From Candidatus Latescibacterota bacterium (GTDB lineage Bacteria; Latescibacterota; UBA2968), in assembly GCA_965204745.1 (NCBI GenBank), contig OZ242010.1, forward strand, positions 2,048,001 through 2,112,000: DNA of 64,000 nt, given 5' to 3'. Under the pieces are notes generated by a model. That model worked only from the letters and a program-made list of their open reading frames with translations. It had not been told where the DNA came from and did no database searches. The position numbers and the translations under genes were made by a program. The stretch's first letter is position 1. Each line of letters starts with the position of its first letter. Of this stretch, positions 29,539 through 39,477 are shown piece by piece.

Positions 29539-29728
29539 CGCAGTTCCTCGCTTTCTCGAATACTCGGTTTGGGATGATGCGGTGAATATAAGGCGAGATC
29601 ACCGATGGCGCAATGCGGAAAACCGAGCGGATTTTTGGGAACCCCTACGATGCGTGGGGGTTTAATAGGCGACCAACGATATCAGATCTTGGGCCTGGCG
29701 GAAATGCCGGCTCGAGGGGAGGGTTTTT

Positions 29729-30340
29729 ATGCTTATGGTAGATTCGAGATCTGGGCATGGCGAACAATCGGATATGGAGGTTCTCGCTGAGGTGTCTGCT
29801 GGCGATATCGATGCGTACGGGAAAATCGTGCGACGCTACCAAGGGCGATTGTACAATTTTATCCTTCGATTTGTGAACGATAGGGAAACAGCAGAAGATA
29901 TCGTGCAGGAGGCGTTTTTGCGTGCATTTGGCAAGCGCGAGGAATACCGCGCCATCGCCAATTTTTCGACGTGGTTGTTCACCATTGCCGCGAATTTGGC
30001 AAAGAGCGAACTGCGAAGGCGCAAGCGATGGCGGTTGTTTTCCCTGAATCGAGACGATGAGTCCGACACCGGCATGGAATTGCCCGATGAGTCGAAGCGC
30101 CCAGATCGCATGGCGGAAACCGCGCTGACCGATGTGGAAATTCAAAATGCCATTGCTTCGCTGACCGATAATTACCGCCAAGTGATTTTGTTGCGCGACG
30201 TGGAGGGCATGTCGTATTACGAAATTTCCCAAATCATGAATTGTCCAGTTGGCACGGTCAAATCGCGCGTCAACCGCGCCCGCTTGAAATTGAAACAGAA
30301 GTTGAAAAACGAGGGCCGAGACGTGGGCATCGGTGTCTGA
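29729..30340 (+). CDS. ECF RNA polymerase sigma factor (RpoE-like)
   Basis: AEDIVQEAFLRA, FSTWLFTIAAN, GTVKSRVNRAR. Confidence 0.93.
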   Translation: MLMVDSRSGHGEQSDMEVLAEVSAGDIDAYGKIVRRYQGRLYNFILRFVNDRETAEDIVQEAFLRAFGKREEYRAIANFSTWLFTIAANLAKSELRRRKRWRLFSLNRDDESDTGMELPDESKRPDRMAETALTDVEIQNAIASLTDNYRQVILLRDVEGMSYYEISQIMNCPVGTVKSRVNRARLKLKQKLKNEGRDVGIGV

Positions 30341-30438
30341 CCTATCCCCTGCTCGCCCAAAGATAAAGGCGGATTACTCGCTCCGTTAGGCTACGCCTGT
30401 GCGGGAAAGGGCATTACATAGGAGGTCGAATAGAGACC

Positions 30439-30999
30439 ATGACTGTTAAAGAATTTGAATCGCGGGTTTCGGCTTATGTCGAAGGAGAGTTGAGCCCGGT
30501 TGAAATGGCGACTATGGAGCGCAAGGTCGCCGAGTGCGAATACTGCCGCGCTTTGTTGGCGGATGTGCGAACACTCATCGAGCGCGTGAAAGAATTGCCG
30601 AAGGTGCGTCCCTCGGCGGAATTTGTGTTCGCGTTGCGTAGCCGGTTGTTGATGGAAGGATCGAAGAAGAGACGCGGTTTGCACGAGGTGCTGTTTTCCT
30701 CTGCCACGCGAACCATTACCACGCTGGCCGCTGCTGTGATGATCGGCTTGGGGTTGACGCAGGTGGTGGTCGATTCCGATGTCCCACCGATGGCGGTCGA
30801 GCAAGCGGAAATCCCCTTGGCACCGGGCAAACAGGTCGATGTGGGCGCGCTGGAGTTGGAACGCTTGTCCGAGGAATCGCATCGTCTGGATGGCCGCCAT
30901 GTGCGGGATTCGATGCAGGTGGATTCCCTGCGGCAACGGCCATCGAATGTGCGCGATCAGCACCGCGTGAGGCAGGTTCCGGTGTCGTATTCATTTTGA
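30439..30999 (+). CDS. Membrane anti-sigma factor (zf-HC2-like)
   Basis: SAYVEGEL...KVAECEYC and a single TM segment; follows the ECF sigma. Confidence 0.8.
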   Translation: MTVKEFESRVSAYVEGELSPVEMATMERKVAECEYCRALLADVRTLIERVKELPKVRPSAEFVFALRSRLLMEGSKKRRGLHEVLFSSATRTITTLAAAVMIGLGLTQVVVDSDVPPMAVEQAEIPLAPGKQVDVGALELERLSEESHRLDGRHVRDSMQVDSLRQRPSNVRDQHRVRQVPVSYSF

Positions 31000-31023
31000 T
31001 GTTGGCGCAACAGAGTGGCATTT

Positions 31024-32163
31024 ATGGCACGGAATAACCTCAAGGCGATGACGGCGAGATGTTTGGGGTGTGCCCTGGCGTTGTGCTTGCTCGCAGGCAA
31101 GGGGTGGGGCACGGGCTTGTTGCACGCGCTCGAAAATGAGATCGCAGCGATTTTGGAATCCAATCGGAAGGGCGTGGTGTGCATTCACGCGCTGTATCCC
31201 CGGCCGCAGGCAGACGATGGATCACGCGGTTCGTTGTGTGCCCACGGCACGGGGTTTGTTTTTGACCCGCGGGGATACATTTTAACTATCGAGGCCGCGG
31301 TCAAAGATGCCGAGGAGATTCGCGTTACGCTCGCGTCTAAGGTGCAGGTGCGGGCGTCGCTCGTGGGGTCAGACCCGATTTCCGGGATCGCCGTCATTCG
31401 CACAGAAGCGGAGAATTTGCCCACGGTTGTGGTGGGCGATTCGCAGAAAATTCGCATCGGGCACTACGCCTTTTTGCTCGGCAATAATTTTGGCAATCTG
31501 GTGCCGTCGTTTGGGACCGTCCACGAAATTCATCCGGATACGGATTTGATTCAGGTGTCTGCCCATGTGCAGAGCAGTTATGGCGGCGCGCCCGTGTTTT
31601 GCAGCAGTGGTCGAGTTGGGGGCATGGTGTGGCGTTATCAGGATCCGGTCAGGGCCATTGCCCGAGATAGCGGCCCCCTGTCGCAGACCTTGCGCGGATG
31701 GGGGCCGATGCCATCCTCGGTTTTTGTCATTCCGATCAACCGCGCCATGCGGGTGGCACGCGCCTTGGTCGCGCATGGGCAGATGGCTTACGGCAAGTTG
31801 GGCGTGGAGGTCGCGCAACAGGGCAACGAGGTGGTGGTGGTCGATGTGCAGCCCAACAGCCCGGCGACAAAGGGCGGGCTTCAGTCGGGCGATGTGGTGC
31901 TCTCATTTCGGGGCCGCGCCATTGCCGGCCCGGTGCATCTGAAGCGCGTGGTGATGGAGAGCACACCTGGGGAGACCGCAACCCTGGGGATTCGGCGAGA
32001 CGGGCAGGTGGTCGCAAAACGAGTCGTGCTGTGCGAGATGGATAGACCAACGCCCGTATCTCCGCGTCCCACGCCAACGCCCGAAGATGTCGCGGTGTAT
32101 CGAAAAATCAACGATTTGCAACGAGAAGTCGGACGGTTGTGGCAAATGCTACACAGCAAATAG
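31024..32163 (+). CDS. HtrA/DegP-like trypsin + PDZ protein, catalytic triad apparently absent
   Basis: Signal peptide, GTGFVFD..GYILT, PDZ (VQPNSPA..GGLQSGDVV). Triad regions read TIEAAV, DPISGIAV and VQSSYGGAP. Confidence 0.85.
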   Translation: MARNNLKAMTARCLGCALALCLLAGKGWGTGLLHALENEIAAILESNRKGVVCIHALYPRPQADDGSRGSLCAHGTGFVFDPRGYILTIEAAVKDAEEIRVTLASKVQVRASLVGSDPISGIAVIRTEAENLPTVVVGDSQKIRIGHYAFLLGNNFGNLVPSFGTVHEIHPDTDLIQVSAHVQSSYGGAPVFCSSGRVGGMVWRYQDPVRAIARDSGPLSQTLRGWGPMPSSVFVIPINRAMRVARALVAHGQMAYGKLGVEVAQQGNEVVVVDVQPNSPATKGGLQSGDVVLSFRGRAIAGPVHLKRVVMESTPGETATLGIRRDGQVVAKRVVLCEMDRPTPVSPRPTPTPEDVAVYRKINDLQREVGRLWQMLHSK

Positions 32164-32189
32164 ACGCACGCCAAATAAACGCCAAACGC

Positions 32190-32222
32190 AAAAAAGCGAC
32201 GATCCAAAGATCGCCGCTTTTT
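32190..32222. terminator. Bidirectional intrinsic terminator
   Basis: AAAAAAGCGACGATC-CAAA-GATCGCCGCTTTTT between convergent genes. Confidence 0.75.
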
Positions 32223-32248
32223 GTGTGTACGCGAACTGCTGAACGAAG

Positions 32249-32983
32249 CTACGCATTTGTCTGTGCTTTCGTGTACGTATGCGTCAGTGCGTCTTGGGGA
32301 TGCCAGCCTAGGACGCGCTTTGCTTTTTCATTTGAGAATTGTCCGTGCGGGCGGTTGGCGAAGATGTTGAACGCCTCGCAACGGGAGGGCAACTCGTCCA
32401 ATGCAATGGTCAATCCCGGCAAAAACGCGGCGGCGGCGTCTCGCCACGTCACCAGAAACGGGCGGTTCTGATGCGTGTTTGACAAATCGTCATGAGAACA
32501 AAAAATGTAGAACAAGTAGCACAACACATGCACGTCGCAATTCGCGGCGAAAATCCGGCAGATCTCTTGGCCCAAGCCCTTGGACAGCGCGTACAAATTC
32601 GTGCTCGGCTTGGGCGGCACATCCGGGCCAATGCCGTAATCCCACGCCTCGTAGGGCGCGCCTTGCACGGTGAAATGCGGCCCGGTGTTGATCACGCGCG
32701 GAATCCCGTGCGCGACCGCGGCGCGCATGATATTGTAACAGCCCATGGTGTTGACATCAAACGCGATCTTGCGATGCGGGCGCAACACGGACAAATTGAT
32801 GATCGCGTCCATGCCCTCTGCGGCGCGCATCACCGCGTCTGCGTCTGCCACGTCCACGGGCACCATGTCGTGCGGCGTGTCAAACGGTTCCAGATCGGTC
32901 AGGCGCAATTCGACCTGTCCTTCCAATGCCTTGACCACATGCGGCCCCAACATGCCATTGCTACCGTAAATGACGACTTTCAT
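32249..32983 (-). CDS. NAD-dependent epimerase/dehydratase (uronate dehydrogenase-like extended SDR)
   Basis: GSNGMLG Rossmann motif; YALSK catalytic motif. Confidence 0.85.
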   Translation of the reverse strand: MKVVIYGSNGMLGPHVVKALEGQVELRLTDLEPFDTPHDMVPVDVADADAVMRAAEGMDAIINLSVLRPHRKIAFDVNTMGCYNIMRAAVAHGIPRVINTGPHFTVQGAPYEAWDYGIGPDVPPKPSTNLYALSKGLGQEICRIFAANCDVHVLCYLFYIFCSHDDLSNTHQNRPFLVTWRDAAAAFLPGLTIALDELPSRCEAFNIFANRPHGQFSNEKAKRVLGWHPQDALTHTYTKAQTNA

Positions 32984-33350
32984 TTTTCTCTCCATTCTCA
33001 TTGCAAAAAATCGTTTTAAGATAAATGATGACTCCTCTCCCGTGCGCTCCACAACAGAGGGAGCCGTTATTCCCCCTCGTATCTTTAGGCGAGCACAGGG
33101 GCATCGCCCCTACGAAGGGGTTGGGGGGTGGGGCGGACTGACGACTGACAACTGACAACTTCCCTCTTGTGTCTTTGGGCGGCGATAGACAGGGACTGAC
33201 CACTTGGGGGTGGCGGGGTTGTCTCACCTCTCCCGTCTTCCGTCTCACCTTTTACCACGGCTCGCCTTTGAACGGGTTGTCGCCAGTAGTACTCCGCTCG
33301 TTCCATCTTATTCGCAGTCACAGGCGTTGGCCTACGATGAGCGGCCCTTG

Positions 33351-33995
33351 CTAAAGCCCCAATACGCTCTTTGCGCGGCCTATTGGGAATCGGGCATGCG
33401 CGACCTCGGATTGCACATGCAACACCTGCCACAGCGGGCCGTTTGTCGCCAGAGCTTGCCCGATGGCCTTGACCGCATCTGCCATGGACAGCGCCATGTC
33501 GCCATCGCCGCCCACATCGCCGAAGCGCAAACACGTCACGCGCACCGAGTGCTCGCGTGCGAACTCTCGGCAGGTGAACTCGCCCAAATACCGCGCCAAT
33601 GGCTCGGCTTGTGTGGAAGGCCGCGGAGCCCACACTTCTGTCACATGATAGTTGGGATCGCAAGTTGCGAACAAGTGCAGGGAACTGACATACACCACAT
33701 GCGGCACATTCTTCTCCCGCGCCGCGTACATCAGGTTATACGTACACCGCGTCTGAAAATCCATCTCCCGCTCATCACTTTTCAACGCCTCGGGCAGGGT
33801 TGCGAGATGCACAATGGTATCCATCCCATCCACAAGGGCTTCTGTCTCGCCCTCGTGCCCGAGTTCACATGTAACGAACTCGCGATCCGTCTCCACATCC
33901 ACAACATCGGTCAGTACAACCTCGTGTGTGCCGGCCAATGCCTCGGCCAGTGCCTGCGCCAACGCGGTCTCGCCCGACGTAATCAACACGTTCAT
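33351..33995 (-). CDS. Divergent extended SDR/epimerase-family protein
   Basis: GMDTIVHLA, TYNLMYAA, VVYVSS; glycine-rich and YxxxK motifs are degenerate; RBS AGGAGG. Confidence 0.75.
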   Translation of the reverse strand: MNVLITSGETALAQALAEALAGTHEVVLTDVVDVETDREFVTCELGHEGETEALVDGMDTIVHLATLPEALKSDEREMDFQTRCTYNLMYAAREKNVPHVVYVSSLHLFATCDPNYHVTEVWAPRPSTQAEPLARYLGEFTCREFAREHSVRVTCLRFGDVGGDGDMALSMADAVKAIGQALATNGPLWQVLHVQSEVAHARFPIGRAKSVLGL

Positions 33996-34562
33996 GTTTT
34001 CCTCCTATTTTTTTCCAACTCGATCACCGAGAGTAAGAAGCAAGAAGTGAGATGGAATTTTAGCCACAAAAGGCACAAAAGGCACGAGCGGGGTACAACT
34101 GGCGACAGCCAGTTCAAAGGTGAGCGATATGTGTAGGGGCGATGCCCCCGTGCTCGCCCGAAGATACAAGACGGGAGAAGGCCACCCAACAACCCCAAAA
34201 CCCGACGCCCTGTTCTCCGTTGCTGAATGGGTCTGTTGTCCTAATTTGAAAATATATGATAAAAGCGCGTTGATCAACTGGGACAGGTCGCTAACTCAAT
34301 TTTCTTTTTTTGCTCCCACTTTCACCGAAAAAAATAAAATATCAACACGACCTAGCCATTGAGGGAGGGGCCGGGAAGGGCACGCACGGGCGGAGGGGGA
34401 TGCGAAGGACATAGCGGTGGGGAACGATGAAGCGGCGGTAGGGTTGTGGGCCGGTCTCGCCTCTTACTTCTTGCCTCTTACTTGGGGATAGGGCTTGCGG
34501 CGGGGTGGAGCGGTGAGGCCGCACGGGCGGCAGGGCGGAGCAGTGGGGCACGAGTTCGCCTG

Positions 34563-35453
34563 TTATTTCTCCAAATACACCACGCCATCTTCGCCGATGT
34601 CCAAACTGAGCGCGTGTGCGCCGGTGTTTGAATAGGGGCCATACATGACCGCGCGCTGTTCCTCGGTCATGCCCGCTACGATCTCGTCGTCCCAATACGT
34701 CTCGGGCGGGGCGATGGGTTGCGAGATGCCCGATCTCGTCGCGGTGCGCGAGGCGTATTTGATCAAGATGGATCGCCGTTCAAAATCAGCGGTCCACGGG
34801 TGCGTGCCGTGGGTTTGCGCGCCGTCCATAAAAAAGAGCACGTCGCCCGGGTGCAAATCCGGTTCGGCCACCGCGCCCATTTCGTCTTCTTGCGACCGCA
34901 CGCTAGCGGGCATGGGATACTTTGCCTTATGCGAGCCCGGCACGCAGGCAAAGCCGCCCGATCCGGTGGGCGATTCGCCCAACTGAAAGGTGACGGTGAC
35001 CCCGCCGACATACGCCTTGCCGTTTTGGTGGTGATAGGCCACGGCTTCTCGATGCGGTTCGCCCGCGCCGTGCAGGTTGCCCCCTTTGGTGCCGTTGATC
35101 CCCCCGATGAACTGCGGCCCGTGATCCAGCCGAAACCCCTTGCCGCACATGACGTTGAGGCGCGACACAATGGCGGGCAGGGCGATCATTTTGCGAAACG
35201 GCTCGCAATGGGGCGCGGGCAAGGTCAACAAAAAGGGATAGCTGTTGGTCGTGCGGGTCAAGATGCCGTTTTCAATGCTGGGGCGACTGCGCTGGCGCAG
35301 CACTTCGACTTCGGAACTTTTGTCATCGCTTTGCACCACCTCGCCGAGATAGTCAATCGCCTCGTTCGCGGCCTCGACCTCTGCTTGCGGAAACACATCG
35401 CGCAAGACGAGATAACCGGTCAGGTCCCAGTAATAGCGTTCTTTGGCAGTCAT
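34563..35453 (-). CDS. PhyH-family Fe(II)/2OG enzyme
   Basis: WDLTGYLVL, FRLDHGP, LHGAGEPH, GGFACVPGSHK, PGDVLFF....THG, RRS. Confidence 0.87.
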   Translation of the reverse strand: MTAKERYYWDLTGYLVLRDVFPQAEVEAANEAIDYLGEVVQSDDKSSEVEVLRQRSRPSIENGILTRTTNSYPFLLTLPAPHCEPFRKMIALPAIVSRLNVMCGKGFRLDHGPQFIGGINGTKGGNLHGAGEPHREAVAYHHQNGKAYVGGVTVTFQLGESPTGSGGFACVPGSHKAKYPMPASVRSQEDEMGAVAEPDLHPGDVLFFMDGAQTHGTHPWTADFERRSILIKYASRTATRSGISQPIAPPETYWDDEIVAGMTEEQRAVMYGPYSNTGAHALSLDIGEDGVVYLEK

Positions 35454-35533
35454 GGTTTGCTCCTGTTATGCGTAACCCCAGCCATCCATCAATCGTCAGG
35501 ATGGGGGGTAATCGCTAGTGGCTGATCGCTCAT

Positions 35534-36433
35534 TCAATCCGCCGCTTGTCGTGCTTGCATGTTTTCCAAGCGAACCGCGCCGTCGGCTTCGACGACGAGA
35601 AACATCTCATCACTTCCGGGGGCAGAGCACGGCCCGAACATGACAGCGCGTTGTTGCTTGGTCATGCCGCGCACGATATCGTCGTCCCAAAAAATTTCGG
35701 GTCGGCACACCTGTTGCGATGGCCCGCCGCGCGTGGCGGTGCGCGAGGCGTATTTGAACAGGATGGATCGCCGGTCGTGGTCGTTTTGCCAGGGGTGGGT
35801 GCCGTGGGTTTGCGCGCCGTCCATAAAAAAGAGCACATCCCCGGCCCGAATGCCCGGGTTGGCGACCGTGCCCATGTCCTCATCGCAGTAGCGAACGCCA
35901 ATCGGCATGTCGTATTTCGATTTGTGCGAGCCCGGCACGCAGGCAAAGCCGCCTTTGCCTTCCGGACAATCGGTCAAGTTCCAAGTGACCGTGACGCCGC
36001 CGCAATACATTTCGCCGTTCTGGTGATGATAGGCCACAAAGTCCCGGTGCGGTTCGCCCGCGCCGTGCAAGGTGAGGCCCGCGGTGCCTTTGACTGCGTT
36101 GTTGAATTGAGGGCCGTGATCCAAGCGAAAGCCCGCGCCGCACATGACCTTCAGATATTGCACGATGACCGGATGGGCGAGCAGGTTGCGGATCGGCTCG
36201 CAATGGGGTTTTGGCAACGTCAACAAATTTGTCCCATGCGCCCAGCGCGGCCCGGCCCCGCGCAAAAACGCAGAATCCGCTGCCCCGTGATTGGCTTCGC
36301 TCTGGTGAACAATGCCCGCGTCAATGACGTAATTCAAGGCGGCATTCACGGCATCGAGTTCTTCGGGCGACAAGACTTCTCGCACCACCAAATGCCCGGT
36401 CACGTCCCAGTAGTAGCGTTCTTTGGCCGTCAT
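35534..36433 (-). CDS. PhyH-family Fe(II)/2OG enzyme
   Basis: Paralog with LHGAGEPH, GGFACVPGSHK, AGDVLFFMDGAQTHG. Confidence 0.87.
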   Translation of the reverse strand: MTAKERYYWDVTGHLVVREVLSPEELDAVNAALNYVIDAGIVHQSEANHGAADSAFLRGAGPRWAHGTNLLTLPKPHCEPIRNLLAHPVIVQYLKVMCGAGFRLDHGPQFNNAVKGTAGLTLHGAGEPHRDFVAYHHQNGEMYCGGVTVTWNLTDCPEGKGGFACVPGSHKSKYDMPIGVRYCDEDMGTVANPGIRAGDVLFFMDGAQTHGTHPWQNDHDRRSILFKYASRTATRGGPSQQVCRPEIFWDDDIVRGMTKQQRAVMFGPCSAPGSDEMFLVVEADGAVRLENMQARQAAD

Positions 36434-36451
36434 GATTGCTCCAATCTATCG

Positions 36452-37336
36452 TCAGGGTGACGCGACAACGTGCGCGGTTTCGCCATCGGATTCCAGCAGG
36501 GGCAGGCGACCGCCGTGGTGAACGCCCGGCCCATACAAAACAGCTCGTTGTTCGGCCGTCAATTCATCGACCCAATCGCCGTAGCGTTCCCGTGGCGTAA
36601 AGTATTTGCCCACAGCGCGAGCCGCTGCACGCGAGGCGTATTTGTAGAGCACGGAACGGCGTTCGCGTTCGCCGTTCCAGGGCAGCGTGCCATGGGTCAT
36701 GGTTTCGGCAAAAAAGAGCACGTCGCCGGCACGCATGGTGGGTTGATAGACCAGGCCCATATCGTCTTCAACAGAGCGCACTTCTTCCGGCGTTGGCTCG
36801 GCGGTTTTGTGGCTGCCTGGGACGCAGGCAAATCCCCCGTCGCCTTCGTTGACATCGGTCAGTTGCCACGCCACGGTAATGCCCCGACAGAAAATTTTGC
36901 CGTTCTGTTGGTGGTACCAAACCGACTGGCTAAACGGTTCGCCGCCGCCGTGCAGGCGATGGCCCTCTGCGCCTTGGTGCGCGCTGATCAAGAGGGGGCC
37001 GTGATCCAAGCGAAAGCCCTTGCCGCTCAATTCATTCAGGCGGCTCACGACGACCGGGTGGACGAGCAGTTGGCGAAACGGTTCGCGATGCGGTTCGGGC
37101 CAGCCCAACATGCCCGAGAGTTCGCGCCGGCCTTCTGTACCCGCCAGCGCGGACGACCCCCGCGCCAATCCGCCATCGTCGATAGCACGCGGTTTGATTT
37201 CATCGGCGTAGTGGTCAATGGCATCGTTGCACGCTTGCACCTCTGCGGCGGACAATGCGTTGCGGACGATCAAATAGCCGCGCAGATCGAAAAAGTACTT
37301 CTCTTCTTCGCTGACAGTATAAAGGTGGTTATCCAT
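36452..37336 (-). CDS. PhyH-family Fe(II)/2OG enzyme
   Basis: Paralog with LHGGGEPF, GGFACVPGSHK, AGDVLFFAETMTHG. Confidence 0.87.
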   Translation of the reverse strand: MDNHLYTVSEEEKYFFDLRGYLIVRNALSAAEVQACNDAIDHYADEIKPRAIDDGGLARGSSALAGTEGRRELSGMLGWPEPHREPFRQLLVHPVVVSRLNELSGKGFRLDHGPLLISAHQGAEGHRLHGGGEPFSQSVWYHQQNGKIFCRGITVAWQLTDVNEGDGGFACVPGSHKTAEPTPEEVRSVEDDMGLVYQPTMRAGDVLFFAETMTHGTLPWNGERERRSVLYKYASRAAARAVGKYFTPRERYGDWVDELTAEQRAVLYGPGVHHGGRLPLLESDGETAHVVASP

Positions 37337-37512
37337 GGTGACGCTCTCCTAACTGGTTGAGGGACAAATTGACGAGACGCACGGGCGTAAGCGAGTAATC
37401 CCGGCCATTCGGATCGTAAGGACAGACCCGCCCAACAATCCCAAAATCCGCCGCACTTCGTAGATGGCTTGCGATGTAGCCGTTGTACCCCATCCGTCGA
37501 TTCGCCGATGTG

Positions 37513-38382
37513 CTATTCCCGTGCGTCTGCATCTAGTTGCACGGTGCCATTTTCACGGACCGTTAGATAGGGCACGCGGCCCCTGTGGTTGGAATAGGGG
37601 CCGTACATCACGGACAATTGCTCGGGCGTCATGCCGTCCACGATTTCGCGGTCCCAGTAGATTTCCGGTGGGGATACTTCCTGCGATGGGCCGCCCCGAG
37701 CGCAGGTGCGCCCTGTGTATTTGAACAGGATGGACCGCCGGGTCGTCTCCAATTTCCACGGGGTCGCGCCGTGTGCTTGCGCGCTGTCCATAAAAAAGAT
37801 GACGTCGCCGGACTTGACCACGGGCTGTGTGATCAAGCCCATGTCGTCGTCTCCTGTACGCACGCCTCTCGGCGTGGGGAACATGGATTTGTGGCTAGAA
37901 GGCACGCAGGCAAACCCGCCCATGCCCTCCTTGCAATCGTGCAGTTGCCACGCCACGGTCACGCCGCCGACCCAAGGCGCGCCATTTTGATGGTGATAGG
38001 CCACATGCGGGCGGTGCGGTTCGCCATTGCCGTGCATGGTGTGGCCCGCGGTGCCTTTGTTGCTCACGATAAACATCGGCCCGTGATCCAAGCGAAAGCC
38101 TTTGCCACACATGACATTGAGATATTTCACCAACACCGGGTGCGCCAGCATGTCCCGAAAGGGATCGCAGTCGGGTTTTGGAAATTCGAGAATGCCGGGC
38201 AACATCGGGCGCCCCGTGCCCGCAAAGGCCACGGAATCTCGCGCTGTTGAACCGCCCACTTGCACCTTGTCCCAATACCGCTCCACAATTTCATTCGCGC
38301 GTTCCACCTCGGCTTTTGACAACACGGCCTTCACGACGAGATACCCCGTCAAATCCCAGAAATACCGCTCGCGTGCATTCAT
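37513..38382 (-). CDS. PhyH-family Fe(II)/2OG enzyme
   Basis: Paralog with MHGNGEPH, GGFACVPSSHK, SGDVIFFMDSAQAHG. Confidence 0.87.
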   Translation of the reverse strand: MNARERYFWDLTGYLVVKAVLSKAEVERANEIVERYWDKVQVGGSTARDSVAFAGTGRPMLPGILEFPKPDCDPFRDMLAHPVLVKYLNVMCGKGFRLDHGPMFIVSNKGTAGHTMHGNGEPHRPHVAYHHQNGAPWVGGVTVAWQLHDCKEGMGGFACVPSSHKSMFPTPRGVRTGDDDMGLITQPVVKSGDVIFFMDSAQAHGATPWKLETTRRSILFKYTGRTCARGGPSQEVSPPEIYWDREIVDGMTPEQLSVMYGPYSNHRGRVPYLTVRENGTVQLDADARE

Positions 38383-38454
38383 GTCGCTCTCCTTTCGCGG
38401 CAGGTTAGGGTTTCCAATGCGGGAATATAAGTCAATTTGTAAAAAAAATCTGAA

Positions 38455-39318
38455 TCAAAACAACGCCATCTGCGCGGCCGCGCCCCGTTCTGCGGGCCAA
38501 GGCCGCATCTCGCCGACATCGATCTGGTTGGACAGCAGTCGGTGAAAATGGCGGGCCAAGTGCGGCGCGTAAAAATCATCGGGCGCGTGGAAAAAGACAA
38601 ACGGGGTTCGCCCCTCGCGGATCCAATTCGCAACCACGGGCGCCCATTCCGACAGCAAGGGCAAATTTTCACGCACTTCGGGGTGCCCGACAAATCTGAC
38701 AAAAGGAAATCGCCCGGTTGCGACAAACCGCACCGGGACCTTGGGCTTTTTGCGCTGTGCTTCGCGCCCTGCCGGATCATCGACGTTTGCACTGTGCAAT
38801 CCCCGGGTGTCAAAGACCACGCGATTCGCACGATGGCTTTTGAGAACCGCGGTCAGTTCATTTTCCGCTTCGGCAAAAAACAAATTGTGTCGGATTTCCA
38901 CCGCGTAGTGAAATGCGTTGGGCAGCGCGGTCAAGTACTCGTCCAACGCCGGCAAATCCCTCGGGCCAAACGCGGGAGGCAATTGCAGAAACGATGGGCC
39001 TATGCGGTCTTGCAGTGTCGCGAGCAAATCCATAAACGCAGCGGTTTCCGGTTCGGCATTTCGCAACCGCTTGGTATGGCTGATCACGCGCGGGAACTTG
39101 AGGGCAAAGCGAAAGCCCTTTGGGGTATGGGCCAGCCAACGCGCCGCGGTCTTTGCGGTAGGCAACCCGTAAAACGTGGTGTTGCCTTCCACCGTGTTAA
39201 ATACCGAGGCGTATTGTCGCAAAAAATCCTGTTGCTTGGCCTCTGCCGCGAACAACTCGCCGACCCACGCCTTGTTGCCCCAAATTGGACAGCCCAAAAA
39301 ATATCGCTCGATGCCCAT
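38455..39318 (-). CDS. DUF72 domain protein
   Basis: YASVFNTVEGNTTFY..P, FRFALKFPR.ISH, FLQLPP.F, AVEIRH; RBS AAGGAG before ATG 39318. Confidence 0.92.
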   Translation of the reverse strand: MGIERYFLGCPIWGNKAWVGELFAAEAKQQDFLRQYASVFNTVEGNTTFYGLPTAKTAARWLAHTPKGFRFALKFPRVISHTKRLRNAEPETAAFMDLLATLQDRIGPSFLQLPPAFGPRDLPALDEYLTALPNAFHYAVEIRHNLFFAEAENELTAVLKSHRANRVVFDTRGLHSANVDDPAGREAQRKKPKVPVRFVATGRFPFVRFVGHPEVRENLPLLSEWAPVVANWIREGRTPFVFFHAPDDFYAPHLARHFHRLLSNQIDVGEMRPWPAERGAAAQMALF

Positions 39319-39390
39319 GGCCTCTCCTTCCGCGCGGCCTCCCCTTTCCGCCCAACCGCCCGTGCGTGCCCTTCCGCTCCGCCTCTCCAC

Positions 39391-39414
39391 CCGTGCGTGC
39401 CCAAAGATACAAGA
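39391..39414 (+). repeat. 24-bp direct repeat, left copy
   Basis: CCGTGCGTGCCCAAAGATACAAGA, identical to 41387-41410. Confidence 0.9.
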
Positions 39415-39477
39415 GGTATTATACCAAAACTGGCTGACAAATTATATTTGCAAAAAAATAAATCAGGCGGCTACACA

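Noticed and set aside
37340-37512. Spacer within the PhyH array as a possible small ORF or ncRNA
   Set aside because: No convincing RBS, motif or stable structure.
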